Below are positions 1-8,902 of a stretch of 40,457 nt of DNA, piece after piece. The notes beneath the pieces were generated by a model. The model was not told the DNA's origin. It saw only the letters and a program-made list of their open reading frames with translations, and did not search any database. Both the position numbers and the translations under genes were made by a program. Numbering within the stretch: position 1 is the stretch's first letter; each line of letters starts with the position of its first letter. This stretch comes from Candidatus Hodarchaeum mangrovi (GTDB lineage: Archaea > Asgardarchaeota > Heimdallarchaeia > Hodarchaeales > Hodarchaeaceae). The DNA is taken from positions 1 to 40,457 of the forward strand of contig JAEOUE010000056.1 in assembly GCA_016839515.1 (NCBI GenBank), given 5' to 3'.

Positions 1-2
1 TA

Positions 3-617
3 GCAGATAGAACAGTAGAAACATATTCTTCAGGACAGAAAATGAAAATGGTTTTTGCCCGAGCTTTAATTAATGATGCTCCAATCTTAATGTTAGATGA
101 ACCTACTAATACTTTAGATGTAAAGGAAGCCCGTCGACTCCGAAAGATTGTTAAAGAACAAAATGAAGACTATAATAAAACTATCATATTTTGCACACAT
201 CTTATGCATGAAGCTGAGGAATTATGCCATAGAGTTGGCATTATCGATCATGGCCAAATTATTGCACTTGATCAACCTAGTAAATTGATAAATAGTTTAG
301 AAGAAAATGATATTCTTAGGATTGAAGGACAAATCCCTGATATAGCCATACAAATAATTCAGGATCTACCAGGCATATTATCAGCAAATATTCTAACCAA
401 ACGAGTAAACAATGGGTCAACTGAAGAAAAACCTTACCTTAACGTAGTTTGTAAAGACAGTCGCCAAGCCCTACCTGAAATTATTACTGCATTAAACAAT
501 CATGGAGCAATAATAAGGAATATTGATAAGAAAGATACAACTCTTGAAGATGTTTTTGTTAATATCACTGGCCGATCTTTAATGGATGACACAAGACTAG
601 AAAAATCGGTAAATTAA
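3..617 (+). CDS. ABC transporter ATP-binding protein (DrrA/NodI-like), 5' truncated by window edge
   Basis: The frame is open upstream of the track start at 42 (ADRTVETYSSGQKMKMVFARAL, containing the signature motif YSSGQ). Walker B ILMLDEPT, H-loop CTH, C-terminal TLEDVF typical of ABC-2 exporter ATPases. Confidence 0.93.
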   Translation, partial: ADRTVETYSSGQKMKMVFARALINDAPILMLDEPTNTLDVKEARRLRKIVKEQNEDYNKTIIFCTHLMHEAEELCHRVGIIDHGQIIALDQPSKLINSLEENDILRIEGQIPDIAIQIIQDLPGILSANILTKRVNNGSTEEKPYLNVVCKDSRQALPEIITALNNHGAIIRNIDKKDTTLEDVFVNITGRSLMDDTRLEKSVN

Positions 618-633
618 GAAGGTAGGTTTCAAA

Positions 634-1500
634 TTGTCTCTCTTATCGTCAAAAGTAGGTCTCAGAGAACATCTAGGGGTTGTATGGGGTACATTTATTG
701 TCCGAATTAAGACTATTTCCCGATATAAAGGAATGCTTTTCATGGACATCCTGATGCCCATTCTTTTTGCAGCTATGCCTATTTTACTCGGCCAGGCTCT
801 TGCAGGATCTATATCTGCTGCTTCAGATAATTTTGAACAAAATACAGGATTAATTGGGGCAAATTATGTTGCTTTTATTATTATAGGAGCGAATGTCTTC
901 TCGACAGTGACTACTTCTCTTTGGTTGTTTGGATTTTTCATCCGAAGAGAACAGACACTAGGAACTCTAGAATCTTTATTTATGACTCCTGCTCATCAAA
1001 TCACTATTTTGGCAGGATTAACTTTGTATGTAGAAGTTAGATCAATTATTACCTTCATAGCTGGTTATTTTTTTGGCTGTTTACTTTTTAACATAAACCC
1101 TCTACAAGGTCAAGCAGGATTAGCATTTGGTATTTTGCTTATTGGACTAATCCCTATATATGGCCTTTCTTTCTTATTAGGAGCACTTATATTAAAGATA
1201 AAGCAGGCCAATTCTTTATTAAATACCTTTCAATGGTTTCTAGGGATAATTATGGGTGTATTCTTTCCCATAACAGTCCTCCCTGTTTTTTTTCAAATCT
1301 TTGCTTATATTTTTCCAGGTTTTTGGTTGAATTATAGCATTCAAGCTGCTTTAATGGATTTAAAATGGTTTTTCTTCAATATATATGGTCATCTTGCCAT
1401 TATTTTTGCTTTTGCTTTAATTTGCCCATTAATTGGTTACTGGATTTTTGCTAAGGCAGAGGCAAGAAGTAAAAGCGGAGAAGGTATAGGACAGTTCTAG
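634..1500 (+). CDS. ABC-2 type transporter permease
   Basis: About 6 hydrophobic segments, RREQTLGTLESLFMTP motif, GVFFPITVLP; TTG start; follows the ATPase. Confidence 0.9.
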   Translation: MSLLSSKVGLREHLGVVWGTFIVRIKTISRYKGMLFMDILMPILFAAMPILLGQALAGSISAASDNFEQNTGLIGANYVAFIIIGANVFSTVTTSLWLFGFFIRREQTLGTLESLFMTPAHQITILAGLTLYVEVRSIITFIAGYFFGCLLFNINPLQGQAGLAFGILLIGLIPIYGLSFLLGALILKIKQANSLLNTFQWFLGIIMGVFFPITVLPVFFQIFAYIFPGFWLNYSIQAALMDLKWFFFNIYGHLAIIFAFALICPLIGYWIFAKAEARSKSGEGIGQF

Positions 1501-1511
1501 GAGGAAAAGAA

Positions 1512-2351
1512 ATGGTATTGTCAATAGAGGAACAATCAAAACTTCATGGGGTTAAAGCATGGTGGTATCAGTTTCTAGCAATGACCAAGAAGGAATTTAT
1601 TGTCTTAACTCGCTATAAATTCTCATTTATTATGAGCTTTTTACAGGTAATGGTCATTATGTTTATTTTTACATTTGCAGCGATAATATTGACTCCACCA
1701 GATAAAGCATCATATGGAGTGGGATTAATGTTTTATTCTTTTGTACTTTTCATGTTTTTTTCGACTGCGTTATGGGATATTGGTAATTCTCTCCGTGAAG
1801 AACAATACCAAGGAACTCTAGAGTCCCTTTTTATGGCTCCAATCAATTATTTCTCTAGCCTAATCTCCCGAATATTATCAAATGTGTTATGGACAATTCT
1901 GAACATATTAGTCAGTTTTATATTTATAGCTCTTGTTTTTGGCCGATTACCTATCGGAAATCTATTAATGGGAATGATTATTTTACTTTTGAGTCTTTTT
2001 GTTTGTTTTGGATTCGCTTTTGGCTTTGCGGGGTTAGCTCTAAGATATAAAGAATCAATGAATACTTTAACGAATTTTCTGCAGTTTATGGTCATGATTG
2101 TTTGTGCTATGTTTTTCCCTTTCTCAGCTCTACCAGAAGTGATTCAATGGATAGCCCGAATTATACCACTATCCTACTGTGTTGATTTATTTAGGACCAC
2201 AATGATAGGAATTTCACCTGAACTTTTACCCTTTGAATGGGAATTTGGAATAATATTCCTCTCTGCAATCTTATTACCAATTTTGGGAGTAATTTTTTTT
2301 CAAAAAACTGTGAAAACTGCAAAAAAAGAAGGAACCATTGCTGAGTATTAG
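1512..2351 (+). CDS. ABC-2 type transporter permease (paralog of the preceding gene)
   Basis: REEQYQGTLESLFMAP, FFPFSALP, IIPLSY motifs; GAGGA RBS upstream. Confidence 0.9.
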   Translation: MVLSIEEQSKLHGVKAWWYQFLAMTKKEFIVLTRYKFSFIMSFLQVMVIMFIFTFAAIILTPPDKASYGVGLMFYSFVLFMFFSTALWDIGNSLREEQYQGTLESLFMAPINYFSSLISRILSNVLWTILNILVSFIFIALVFGRLPIGNLLMGMIILLLSLFVCFGFAFGFAGLALRYKESMNTLTNFLQFMVMIVCAMFFPFSALPEVIQWIARIIPLSYCVDLFRTTMIGISPELLPFEWEFGIIFLSAILLPILGVIFFQKTVKTAKKEGTIAEY

Positions 2352-2612
2352 AATAGAGAGCTAGGGAAAAGGAGTTAAATAACGCTTACAAAAGATTTGT
2401 GAACCTCCCAAAAAAAAGCAATTAAAGGAATAAAAAAATCCTACTGATTGTGATAAAAATCCAATTCAAAATCCTATAAGAAAAAAGAATAAGTTAACAA
2501 AAGTACTTTTTAGTTGAGAAAAAAAAATGCTAGGAAAAAAATAGCTCAAGATCTCCTTAAATCCCTTAGTATGAATAAAAATATAATATTAATTCGGAAA
2601 ATAGAATAGTGT

Positions 2613-2783
2613 TTAATCAATATGCATTCCAATATAGTGATTTAGCCAAGGACATCCAATAGGATTGAATTCAGCACCTACATTACATTGTTCAAGGTAA
2701 TCACAAATTAGACAGGGAGAATCCCAAGGTTTAGTAAGAATAGGATAGTTTTCAAGTAGTAAGATTTCATCCATAGACAACAT
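2613..2783 (-). CDS. 56-aa small protein, stand-alone RPC34/RPC39/TFE-beta-like 4-Cys (putative 4Fe-4S) domain; missed by the ORF track
   Basis: Manual translation MLSMDEILLLENYPILTKPWDSPCLICDYLEQCNVGAEFNPIGCPWLNHYIGMHID*. Pattern PC-x2-C-x5-C-x7-P-x2-C-x2-L; GAGG RBS 5 nt before ATG; GC-richer than the flanks; followed by T-rich tracts on the coding strand. Confidence 0.8.
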   Translation of the reverse strand: MLSMDEILLLENYPILTKPWDSPCLICDYLEQCNVGAEFNPIGCPWLNHYIGMHID

Positions 2784-3008
2784 TTCTTCCTCAAGATAAA
2801 CCTAAATCAGTTATTGAATCGTTTACTTATGAGAATATTTCTTTTTCTCAAAAAATTACTTAAACCAAAAAATAAGAAATTCTTTTTAATAATTTTAAGA
2901 ACGATCAAAAGAAAAAACACATTTAGAACAGGAAAATCTGCTCTCTAAAATAATAGAAGAACCCTTGAACTTCACATATAATAAAATTTGCCACATTAGG
3001 TGAAAAAA

Positions 3009-3836
3009 ATGGTACTTTCAGGTGTATTTATTTTCCCACACGGAAGTTTGATCTTGAATCCCACAAAAAAGGGAGTAAGTAAATCAGTAAAAACTCTCAA
3101 CCATAAAATGATAGAAATAGCAGGAAATATAAAAAATTTAGATCCTAATTTATGCATTTTAATCACTCCACATGGGATAAGTCTCTCTCATGATTATGGG
3201 TTCTATGTTAATGAAACTGCCAAAGGAACAGCGGAATGGGAAGGGGATTATGCAGAATACAAGACCCAAATTAGTCTAGATATAAAAAGAACAAATGAAT
3301 TATATCAAAAGCTTCAAGAAAAAAAGCTTCCTTTAAGTACAATTACAGCCTTTACAAGTAGTGTTAATGCACCCCTAAGATGGGGTGAGGTCGTTCCATT
3401 ATATTTTTTAGAAAAAATAAGCATGAAATATATTATTTTCTCACTTCCAACAAGACGATATTCTCAAATTAAAAATATGACCTTTGAATTACTTCAAATA
3501 GGCGATTCGTTGCGAGATTTTGCGAAAAAAAGTTCTGAAAAAGTTATTATAATTATTAGTGCAGATCTAGCCCACACTCATGATAAAAATGGTCCATATG
3601 GTTTTTCAGAGAAAGCAGAAGAGTTTGATCAAATAATTGAAAAATGGGTTAAAGAGGGAGGACAAGAAGACATATTACTAGATCAAGCAAGTAGTATTCT
3701 TGATGAAGCACTGGTTTGCGGATTCGCAGGGTTTATAATAGTCCAAGGAATACTGAAAAAAACACAATTAAGGTCAAACTTTTATTTAAGAGCACACCCC
3801 ACATATTATGGAATGATGATCGCTAGTTTTATGTGA
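3009..3836 (+). CDS. LigB/class III extradiol dioxygenase subunit B (MEMO-like fold) family protein
   Basis: FPHG, ITPHG, ISADLAH, FD, CG and PTYYGM motifs. ATG at 3009 preferred because the GTG at 3000 lies within the GGTGA RBS. Confidence 0.8.
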   Translation: MVLSGVFIFPHGSLILNPTKKGVSKSVKTLNHKMIEIAGNIKNLDPNLCILITPHGISLSHDYGFYVNETAKGTAEWEGDYAEYKTQISLDIKRTNELYQKLQEKKLPLSTITAFTSSVNAPLRWGEVVPLYFLEKISMKYIIFSLPTRRYSQIKNMTFELLQIGDSLRDFAKKSSEKVIIIISADLAHTHDKNGPYGFSEKAEEFDQIIEKWVKEGGQEDILLDQASSILDEALVCGFAGFIIVQGILKKTQLRSNFYLRAHPTYYGMMIASFM

Positions 3837-3847
3837 AAAGGCAGAAG

Positions 3848-5461
3848 TTACCCATTCCTAGTTAAATTGATTGTATCACTAAGAACAGATTTCCGAATAA
3901 GAGTATCTTTGGGAGTTCGTCGTTTTCGTGGATAATCTACTGTATAATGAGCCCCACGACTTTCTTTTCGATGGAAAGCAGATTCAATAATCATTTGAGC
4001 AACATCAGCAAGATCTCTCAACTCGATTAAATCAGAAGTAATCTTAAAATCCCAATAATATTGATTAATTTCATCCTGTAATAATCGAATGCGATTCATG
4101 GCACGACGAAGCCGTTTATCAGATCGAACAATACCAACATAATTAGTCATCATTAGGCGGAGTTCCATCCAGTTCTGACTCACAACCACAGATTCCTCAC
4201 TATCAACTGCATTACCTGTATCATGCCATGGAGAGAATAACCTAATAGGGCGATCCTTCTGAAGAAGTTGATTACATTCTTTTGCTGCAAAATGAGCCAT
4301 AACTGCTGCCTCGAGAAGAGAATTAGAAGCTAAACGGTTAGCTCCATGAAATCCAGTACACGCACATTCGCCAATGGCAAAAAGATTTGGAATATCAGTT
4401 ATACCAGAATGAGTAGCTTTTATTCCCCCAATAATGTAGTGGGCTGCGGGTACAATGGGAATAGGTTCTGATGTAATATCAATCCCCAAGGAATAACATT
4501 TTTGATAAATACCAGGAAATCGATCTATTATTTGTTTAGAATCTTTGAATGAAATATCGAGAAAAAGATGATCAACGCCTGTACGTTTTAACTCAAAGTC
4601 AATAGCACGAGCAACGATATCACGAGGAGCAAGCTCCAAACGCGAATCATATTTCTCCATAAAACGAACTCCATTTTGATCTACTAAAATAGCGCCTTCT
4701 CCACGTAATGCTTCTGAGATTAGAAATGCCTTTGCATAAGGATGATACAGAAGAGTAGGATGAAATTGAACAAATTCCATGTTCATAACAGTGGCTCCAG
4801 CACGATAGGCCATAGCAATTCCATCTCCACTTGCATTATCAGGATTGCTAGTATAAAGAAATACTTTCCCTAATCCTCCAGTAGCTAATACAGTAACTTT
4901 TGCAGCTATATTCTTAACTAAATCATGGTCCTTGTCGAATATATATGCTCCTAAACACTTACCAGCACGTATTTTAAGATTTATTGCAATGTGATTCTCT
5001 AAAATAGTAATATTGGCCTCTTTTTTTGTTTTTTGAGCTAAAGCACGGTGAATTTCAATTCCAGTTAAATCAGAAGCATGAACTACACGTCGATGTGAAT
5101 GACCAGCTTCAAGGCCTAAATCAAAATCATTGGTTTTATTTTTAGAAAAATTAACCCCCCAAGAGGATAATTCGCGAATTCTTTCAGGAGCGGATTTAAC
5201 CATCGTATCAACGATGGACATGTGACATAAACCATCACCTGCTATTATTGTATCCTGAATATGCTGATCAAATCCATCTCCTGGTGATAAAACTGCTGCA
5301 ATACCAGCTTGAGCAAGCGTAGTTGCACAATCAGCTAATTTTGTTTTCGTAATTAACAATACTTTTGCAAATTTTGCTATTTTTAGACAAAACGAGAGCC
5401 CTGCAAGGCCAGATCCTATGACTAAAACATCACATGTTAATTCAGATGAATCAGAGTCCAT
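3848..5461 (-). CDS. nadB: L-aspartate oxidase
   Basis: GSGLAG FAD motif, AQAGIAA, EAGHSHRRVVH, MEFVQFHPT, LISEALRGEG, ELAPRDIVARAI, HGANRLASNSLLEA, ESRGAHY. Confidence 0.95.
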   Translation of the reverse strand: MDSDSSELTCDVLVIGSGLAGLSFCLKIAKFAKVLLITKTKLADCATTLAQAGIAAVLSPGDGFDQHIQDTIIAGDGLCHMSIVDTMVKSAPERIRELSSWGVNFSKNKTNDFDLGLEAGHSHRRVVHASDLTGIEIHRALAQKTKKEANITILENHIAINLKIRAGKCLGAYIFDKDHDLVKNIAAKVTVLATGGLGKVFLYTSNPDNASGDGIAMAYRAGATVMNMEFVQFHPTLLYHPYAKAFLISEALRGEGAILVDQNGVRFMEKYDSRLELAPRDIVARAIDFELKRTGVDHLFLDISFKDSKQIIDRFPGIYQKCYSLGIDITSEPIPIVPAAHYIIGGIKATHSGITDIPNLFAIGECACTGFHGANRLASNSLLEAAVMAHFAAKECNQLLQKDRPIRLFSPWHDTGNAVDSEESVVVSQNWMELRLMMTNYVGIVRSDKRLRRAMNRIRLLQDEINQYYWDFKITSDLIELRDLADVAQMIIESAFHRKESRGAHYTVDYPRKRRTPKDTLIRKSVLSDTINLTRNG

Positions 5462-5616
5462 AAACGCAGCCCTTTTCTTAAAAAATACTTGTTTTCTTCC
5501 CTTTAAATTTGTTTAATACTAAAAAATAATCAATATGAGCCTTTTCCCCTCGCAGACGGACATGTATATAAGATCAGATCATAAAAAGATCTTAGAATAA
5601 AAATAGATGACTAGAT

Positions 5617-6300
5617 TTGCTTCAAAAAAAGTTATTTCTAGCAGTGAATTTGATTATTGTCCTTTGTTTGGCTGGATGCACGAGCTTTGAAACTACTGTA
5701 ATGATATCTGAAGCACGATATTGGACTAACGCATCTGGAGAAATAATTTTAATCCAAGTAGAAGAAACTAATTTCTCAGCTCTTCTCAAATATAATGAAC
5801 TGAATCTTTCCGATCTTGGTTTAATTTTCACACTTCCATATCAGAATAATTCTATATATGTCCCATATGCACCCCTTTCTCATTCAAAGTGGCTTACTTA
5901 TTATTTAAATGCAGCAGAAAATAAAACATACCCTTGGAATACATCTTATAGCCCACAGGGATCAAAATTTACTTATTCATACACTGCAAATGTTACTATT
6001 TTTGAGAATATTACTGGTGAAGAGTTATTATATGCTTATGAGATCCATGGAGATTATTATTTCGAATATAATGATACATATAACGCCTTTTGGCTAGATC
6101 GCTTTAAAATTCCTTACGAAAACCTCTCAAATTATTTAGATCAATTTAGTCAAGGAGGATATTATGTTTCTCAAAAATATCGTGTTTTATATGGGTTCTT
6201 AGTGTTAGATTCAATCCACTATACTCAGTTCTTTTTGTTTAATACCACAGGATTCTTAAAAGTAGGTTTCTTTGAATTTTACTGGGCAACAACGAATTAA
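5617..6300 (+). CDS. Hypothetical secreted protein, probable lipoprotein
   Basis: Basic N-terminus, hydrophobic stretch and LAGC lipobox; Tyr/Asn-rich beta-type body; no recognised domain. Confidence 0.65.
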   Translation: MLQKKLFLAVNLIIVLCLAGCTSFETTVMISEARYWTNASGEIILIQVEETNFSALLKYNELNLSDLGLIFTLPYQNNSIYVPYAPLSHSKWLTYYLNAAENKTYPWNTSYSPQGSKFTYSYTANVTIFENITGEELLYAYEIHGDYYFEYNDTYNAFWLDRFKIPYENLSNYLDQFSQGGYYVSQKYRVLYGFLVLDSIHYTQFFLFNTTGFLKVGFFEFYWATTN

Positions 6301-6362
6301 TATCTGGCATATCATCTCTGATTCCACATTGATTCATAAATTCAAAGCATTCTAATAGTAAA

Positions 6363-6777
6363 TTATTTTAGAGTTGGACAATTGGAACTTGTTTTAGCTA
6401 TAATTCCCCTTCCTCATTTATTAGATCCCATTCCATATATCTCAATTGTTTACTTCGTTCAGTAATTTTTTATAGAACAATTATTTTATCCAAAGAATTG
6501 TTCGAAGAAATTTGATTCAAATAGCAACGGTAGAGTAACATTCATCTTTAGCAAAAAATACGAAAAATAATGTTCTCATAGAAGCAGCTAATAAATCATA
6601 AAAGGTACCTATGTGAACAGTCTGTATTGGATTCCAATGCACTTTAATAATGAGCATTTTAAGAGTAGTACAAATATCACTATAATCAAGGAGTCTAAAT
6701 GCCAGTAATTCAGTAATAGGTTGAGATAGAATCTTTCCTACTATCAAATCTTTTACTAACTGTTGGTTTTTATTCAT
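6363..6777 (-). pseudogene. PaaI-family hotdog thioesterase pseudogene
   Basis: Pieces across frames: QPITELLAFRL...HWNPIQTVHIG..DLLAASM...ECYSTVAI*IKFLRT / KITERSKQLRYMEWDLINEEGE / IAKTSSNCPTLK*. These are colinear with the PaaI pattern (H.NP.GTVHGG..D..D.AM; TVELKINFLRP; ECD..DEEG.L.AKASSTC). Contains stops and at least two frameshifts. Confidence 0.72.
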
Positions 6778-6894
6778 TGATGACCTCTTTATTTATAATA
6801 AAAGAAAATGGAGAAAAAATTAATATTCATTCTAATTAACCTCGTACTGGAAAGACTCATTGATTATGCAAAAAAATTTGTATTAAAGGTTGGA

Positions 6895-8382
6895 ATGGAA
6901 AACTTGAATCAAAAACCAATTCTAGTTCTTGGAGCTACAGGCTATATTGGGGCAAGATTAGTTCCTTTGCTTCTTCAACACGGAAATCAGGTTAGGGTTG
7001 GATATAGGTCATTAAATAAACTGAAAAATAGAATTTGGAGTAATCATCCAAATGTTAAACCATTTAAATTAGATGTCTTTGACAGAGAATCATTAGAAGA
7101 TGCAATGAAAGGATGTTCAGCCGTTTATTATTTAGTACACTCAATGGAAGGCTCAGAAAAAGACTTTGTCAAAAAAGATAGAATTGCTGCCCAAAATACT
7201 GTTATTGCAGCTGATAAAACTAAAATTGAACGCATAATTTATCTTGGAGGACTTGGAGAAACTCAAAGTGGAATAAAACTAAGCAAGCATCTCCAATCAC
7301 GAATAGAAGTAGCAAATATCCTACAATCCTGTTCCATACCTGTCACAACTTTAAGAGCAGCTATCATTATTGGAACTGGAAGTGCTGCATTTGAAATAAT
7401 GAGATATTTAACAGATCGTTTACCTGTGATGATTACACCCAGATGGTTACGAACTAAAAATCAACCAATTGCTGTTGAAAATGTCTTAATCTATCTTTTA
7501 CAAGTATTAAATATTCCTGAAACAATAGGCCAAACATATGATATTGGTGGGCCAGATATTCTTACATATAAACAATTTATGGAATCCTATGTTGAAATTG
7601 CCAAGCTGCCAAAGAGGATTATTCTTCCAATCCCGATTTTTTCTCCAAATATAAGTTCTTATTGGATTAAGTTCATTACAGGAATCCCTTCATCCTTAGC
7701 ACGTCCTCTTATTGATGGTATGAAAAATGAAGTTATTGTTAAAGACACACGAATTCAAAAACTTATTCCTCAACGCCTTTTTGGTCATAAAGAAGCCATT
7801 TCTATGGCAGTAAATCCTAATCAATTTAAGGAAGCATTCGTTTATAATCAAAAAAGTATAATTCCTTCAGAATGGTACCATCCTGGTGATATTGAGTGGT
7901 CAGGAGGAACAGTTTTTCAAAATTATAAGTCCGTTATTATAGATTCCCCTAGCCATACCGATTATTCTCCCATTTTAGAAATAATACTCAGGATAAGAAA
8001 TATAAATTTTTTTAATTTATATTATAAATTTGGATCGTTTCTAGATAATCTGTTTCGTGGCAAGTTTATTATTCCATCACACCCTTGGTGTATTAATGAA
8101 AAACGCAATGATGATTATATCCAATTAATAACTAGTAATAATTTGCCTGGAAAGACATTTTTAACATATAGAATAACAAAGATTGAAAAACAAACCATTC
8201 AAGTACATCAAATATTCAGAATCATTCCTAAAGGAATTTTGGGGACATTGTATTGGATCATGATTGAACCATTCTTCAATAAATTTTCCCATAGATTATT
8301 ATCAAATATTGCTGAACGCTTTGAAGGAACAGAAAACAAAAGCATTGAAAATATTATAACCATCCCAAAACCTTATATTTGA
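6895..8382 (+). CDS. YbjT-like atypical SDR (NAD(P)-binding) with degenerate C-terminal DUF2867-like region
   Basis: GATGYIG Rossmann motif, YYLVHSM, IIYLGGLG, SKHLQSR, LRAAIIIG, LPVMITPRW, PKGILGTLYW. Start M30 (6895) preferred over 6808. Confidence 0.88.
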   Translation: MENLNQKPILVLGATGYIGARLVPLLLQHGNQVRVGYRSLNKLKNRIWSNHPNVKPFKLDVFDRESLEDAMKGCSAVYYLVHSMEGSEKDFVKKDRIAAQNTVIAADKTKIERIIYLGGLGETQSGIKLSKHLQSRIEVANILQSCSIPVTTLRAAIIIGTGSAAFEIMRYLTDRLPVMITPRWLRTKNQPIAVENVLIYLLQVLNIPETIGQTYDIGGPDILTYKQFMESYVEIAKLPKRIILPIPIFSPNISSYWIKFITGIPSSLARPLIDGMKNEVIVKDTRIQKLIPQRLFGHKEAISMAVNPNQFKEAFVYNQKSIIPSEWYHPGDIEWSGGTVFQNYKSVIIDSPSHTDYSPILEIILRIRNINFFNLYYKFGSFLDNLFRGKFIIPSHPWCINEKRNDDYIQLITSNNLPGKTFLTYRITKIEKQTIQVHQIFRIIPKGILGTLYWIMIEPFFNKFSHRLLSNIAERFEGTENKSIENIITIPKPYI

Positions 8383-8394
8383 TATTTAAAAATT

Positions 8395-8886
8395 CTAGCT
8401 CTTTTGTTTACATTTATACGAACTAAAAAAGGGTCCTTTCCAATAAACGATTTTAAGAGGGCGAGCCTGAATTTTAATATAATTTTTATCAATATCAATA
8501 CCTAAGATCTTTGTAACGATATTATCACCATACTTCTCAAGAAGCATTTCGAAACATTCTTGAATATGCTGACTTGAGGTACTTAATTTAACAATTGCTT
8601 CAATCATAATTCCTGTATTTGAAAAAGGGTTCTCGAGATCTGTATTATCTATCGTTAAAGCTAGATATGGATGTTGTTGTAGATTTTTAGCGACATCAGA
8701 ATGAATATTTTGGATAAACGATAGTAAGCACTTACCTGGTTCATTAACAAACAATAAAGGATGAATTTGAGGATTGTTTGTTTCATTGATTGTTGCACAA
8801 TATATGAATGATGCGCTTAGAACGAATTGTGAAATATGATCAGGTAAAAGACACAGCTGTCCATTAATTTCACATTCCACTTTCAT
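8395..8886 (-). CDS. Pyridoxamine 5'-phosphate oxidase-like (split beta-barrel) protein
   Basis: CATINETNNPQIHPLLF, NLQQHPYLALTID, GIMIEA and IQARPLKIVYW match the FMN/F420-binding split-barrel layout. Confidence 0.72.
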   Translation of the reverse strand: MKVECEINGQLCLLPDHISQFVLSASFIYCATINETNNPQIHPLLFVNEPGKCLLSFIQNIHSDVAKNLQQHPYLALTIDNTDLENPFSNTGIMIEAIVKLSTSSQHIQECFEMLLEKYGDNIVTKILGIDIDKNYIKIQARPLKIVYWKGPFFSSYKCKQKS

Positions 8887-8902
8887 TGTTTATCAACCAT
8901 AA

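Noticed and set aside
2352-2612. Phe-rich minus-strand frame with an internal TGA after an AGGAG
   Set aside because: It is a product of poly-T tracts; better explained as a terminator region between convergent genes, with no support for selenocysteine.
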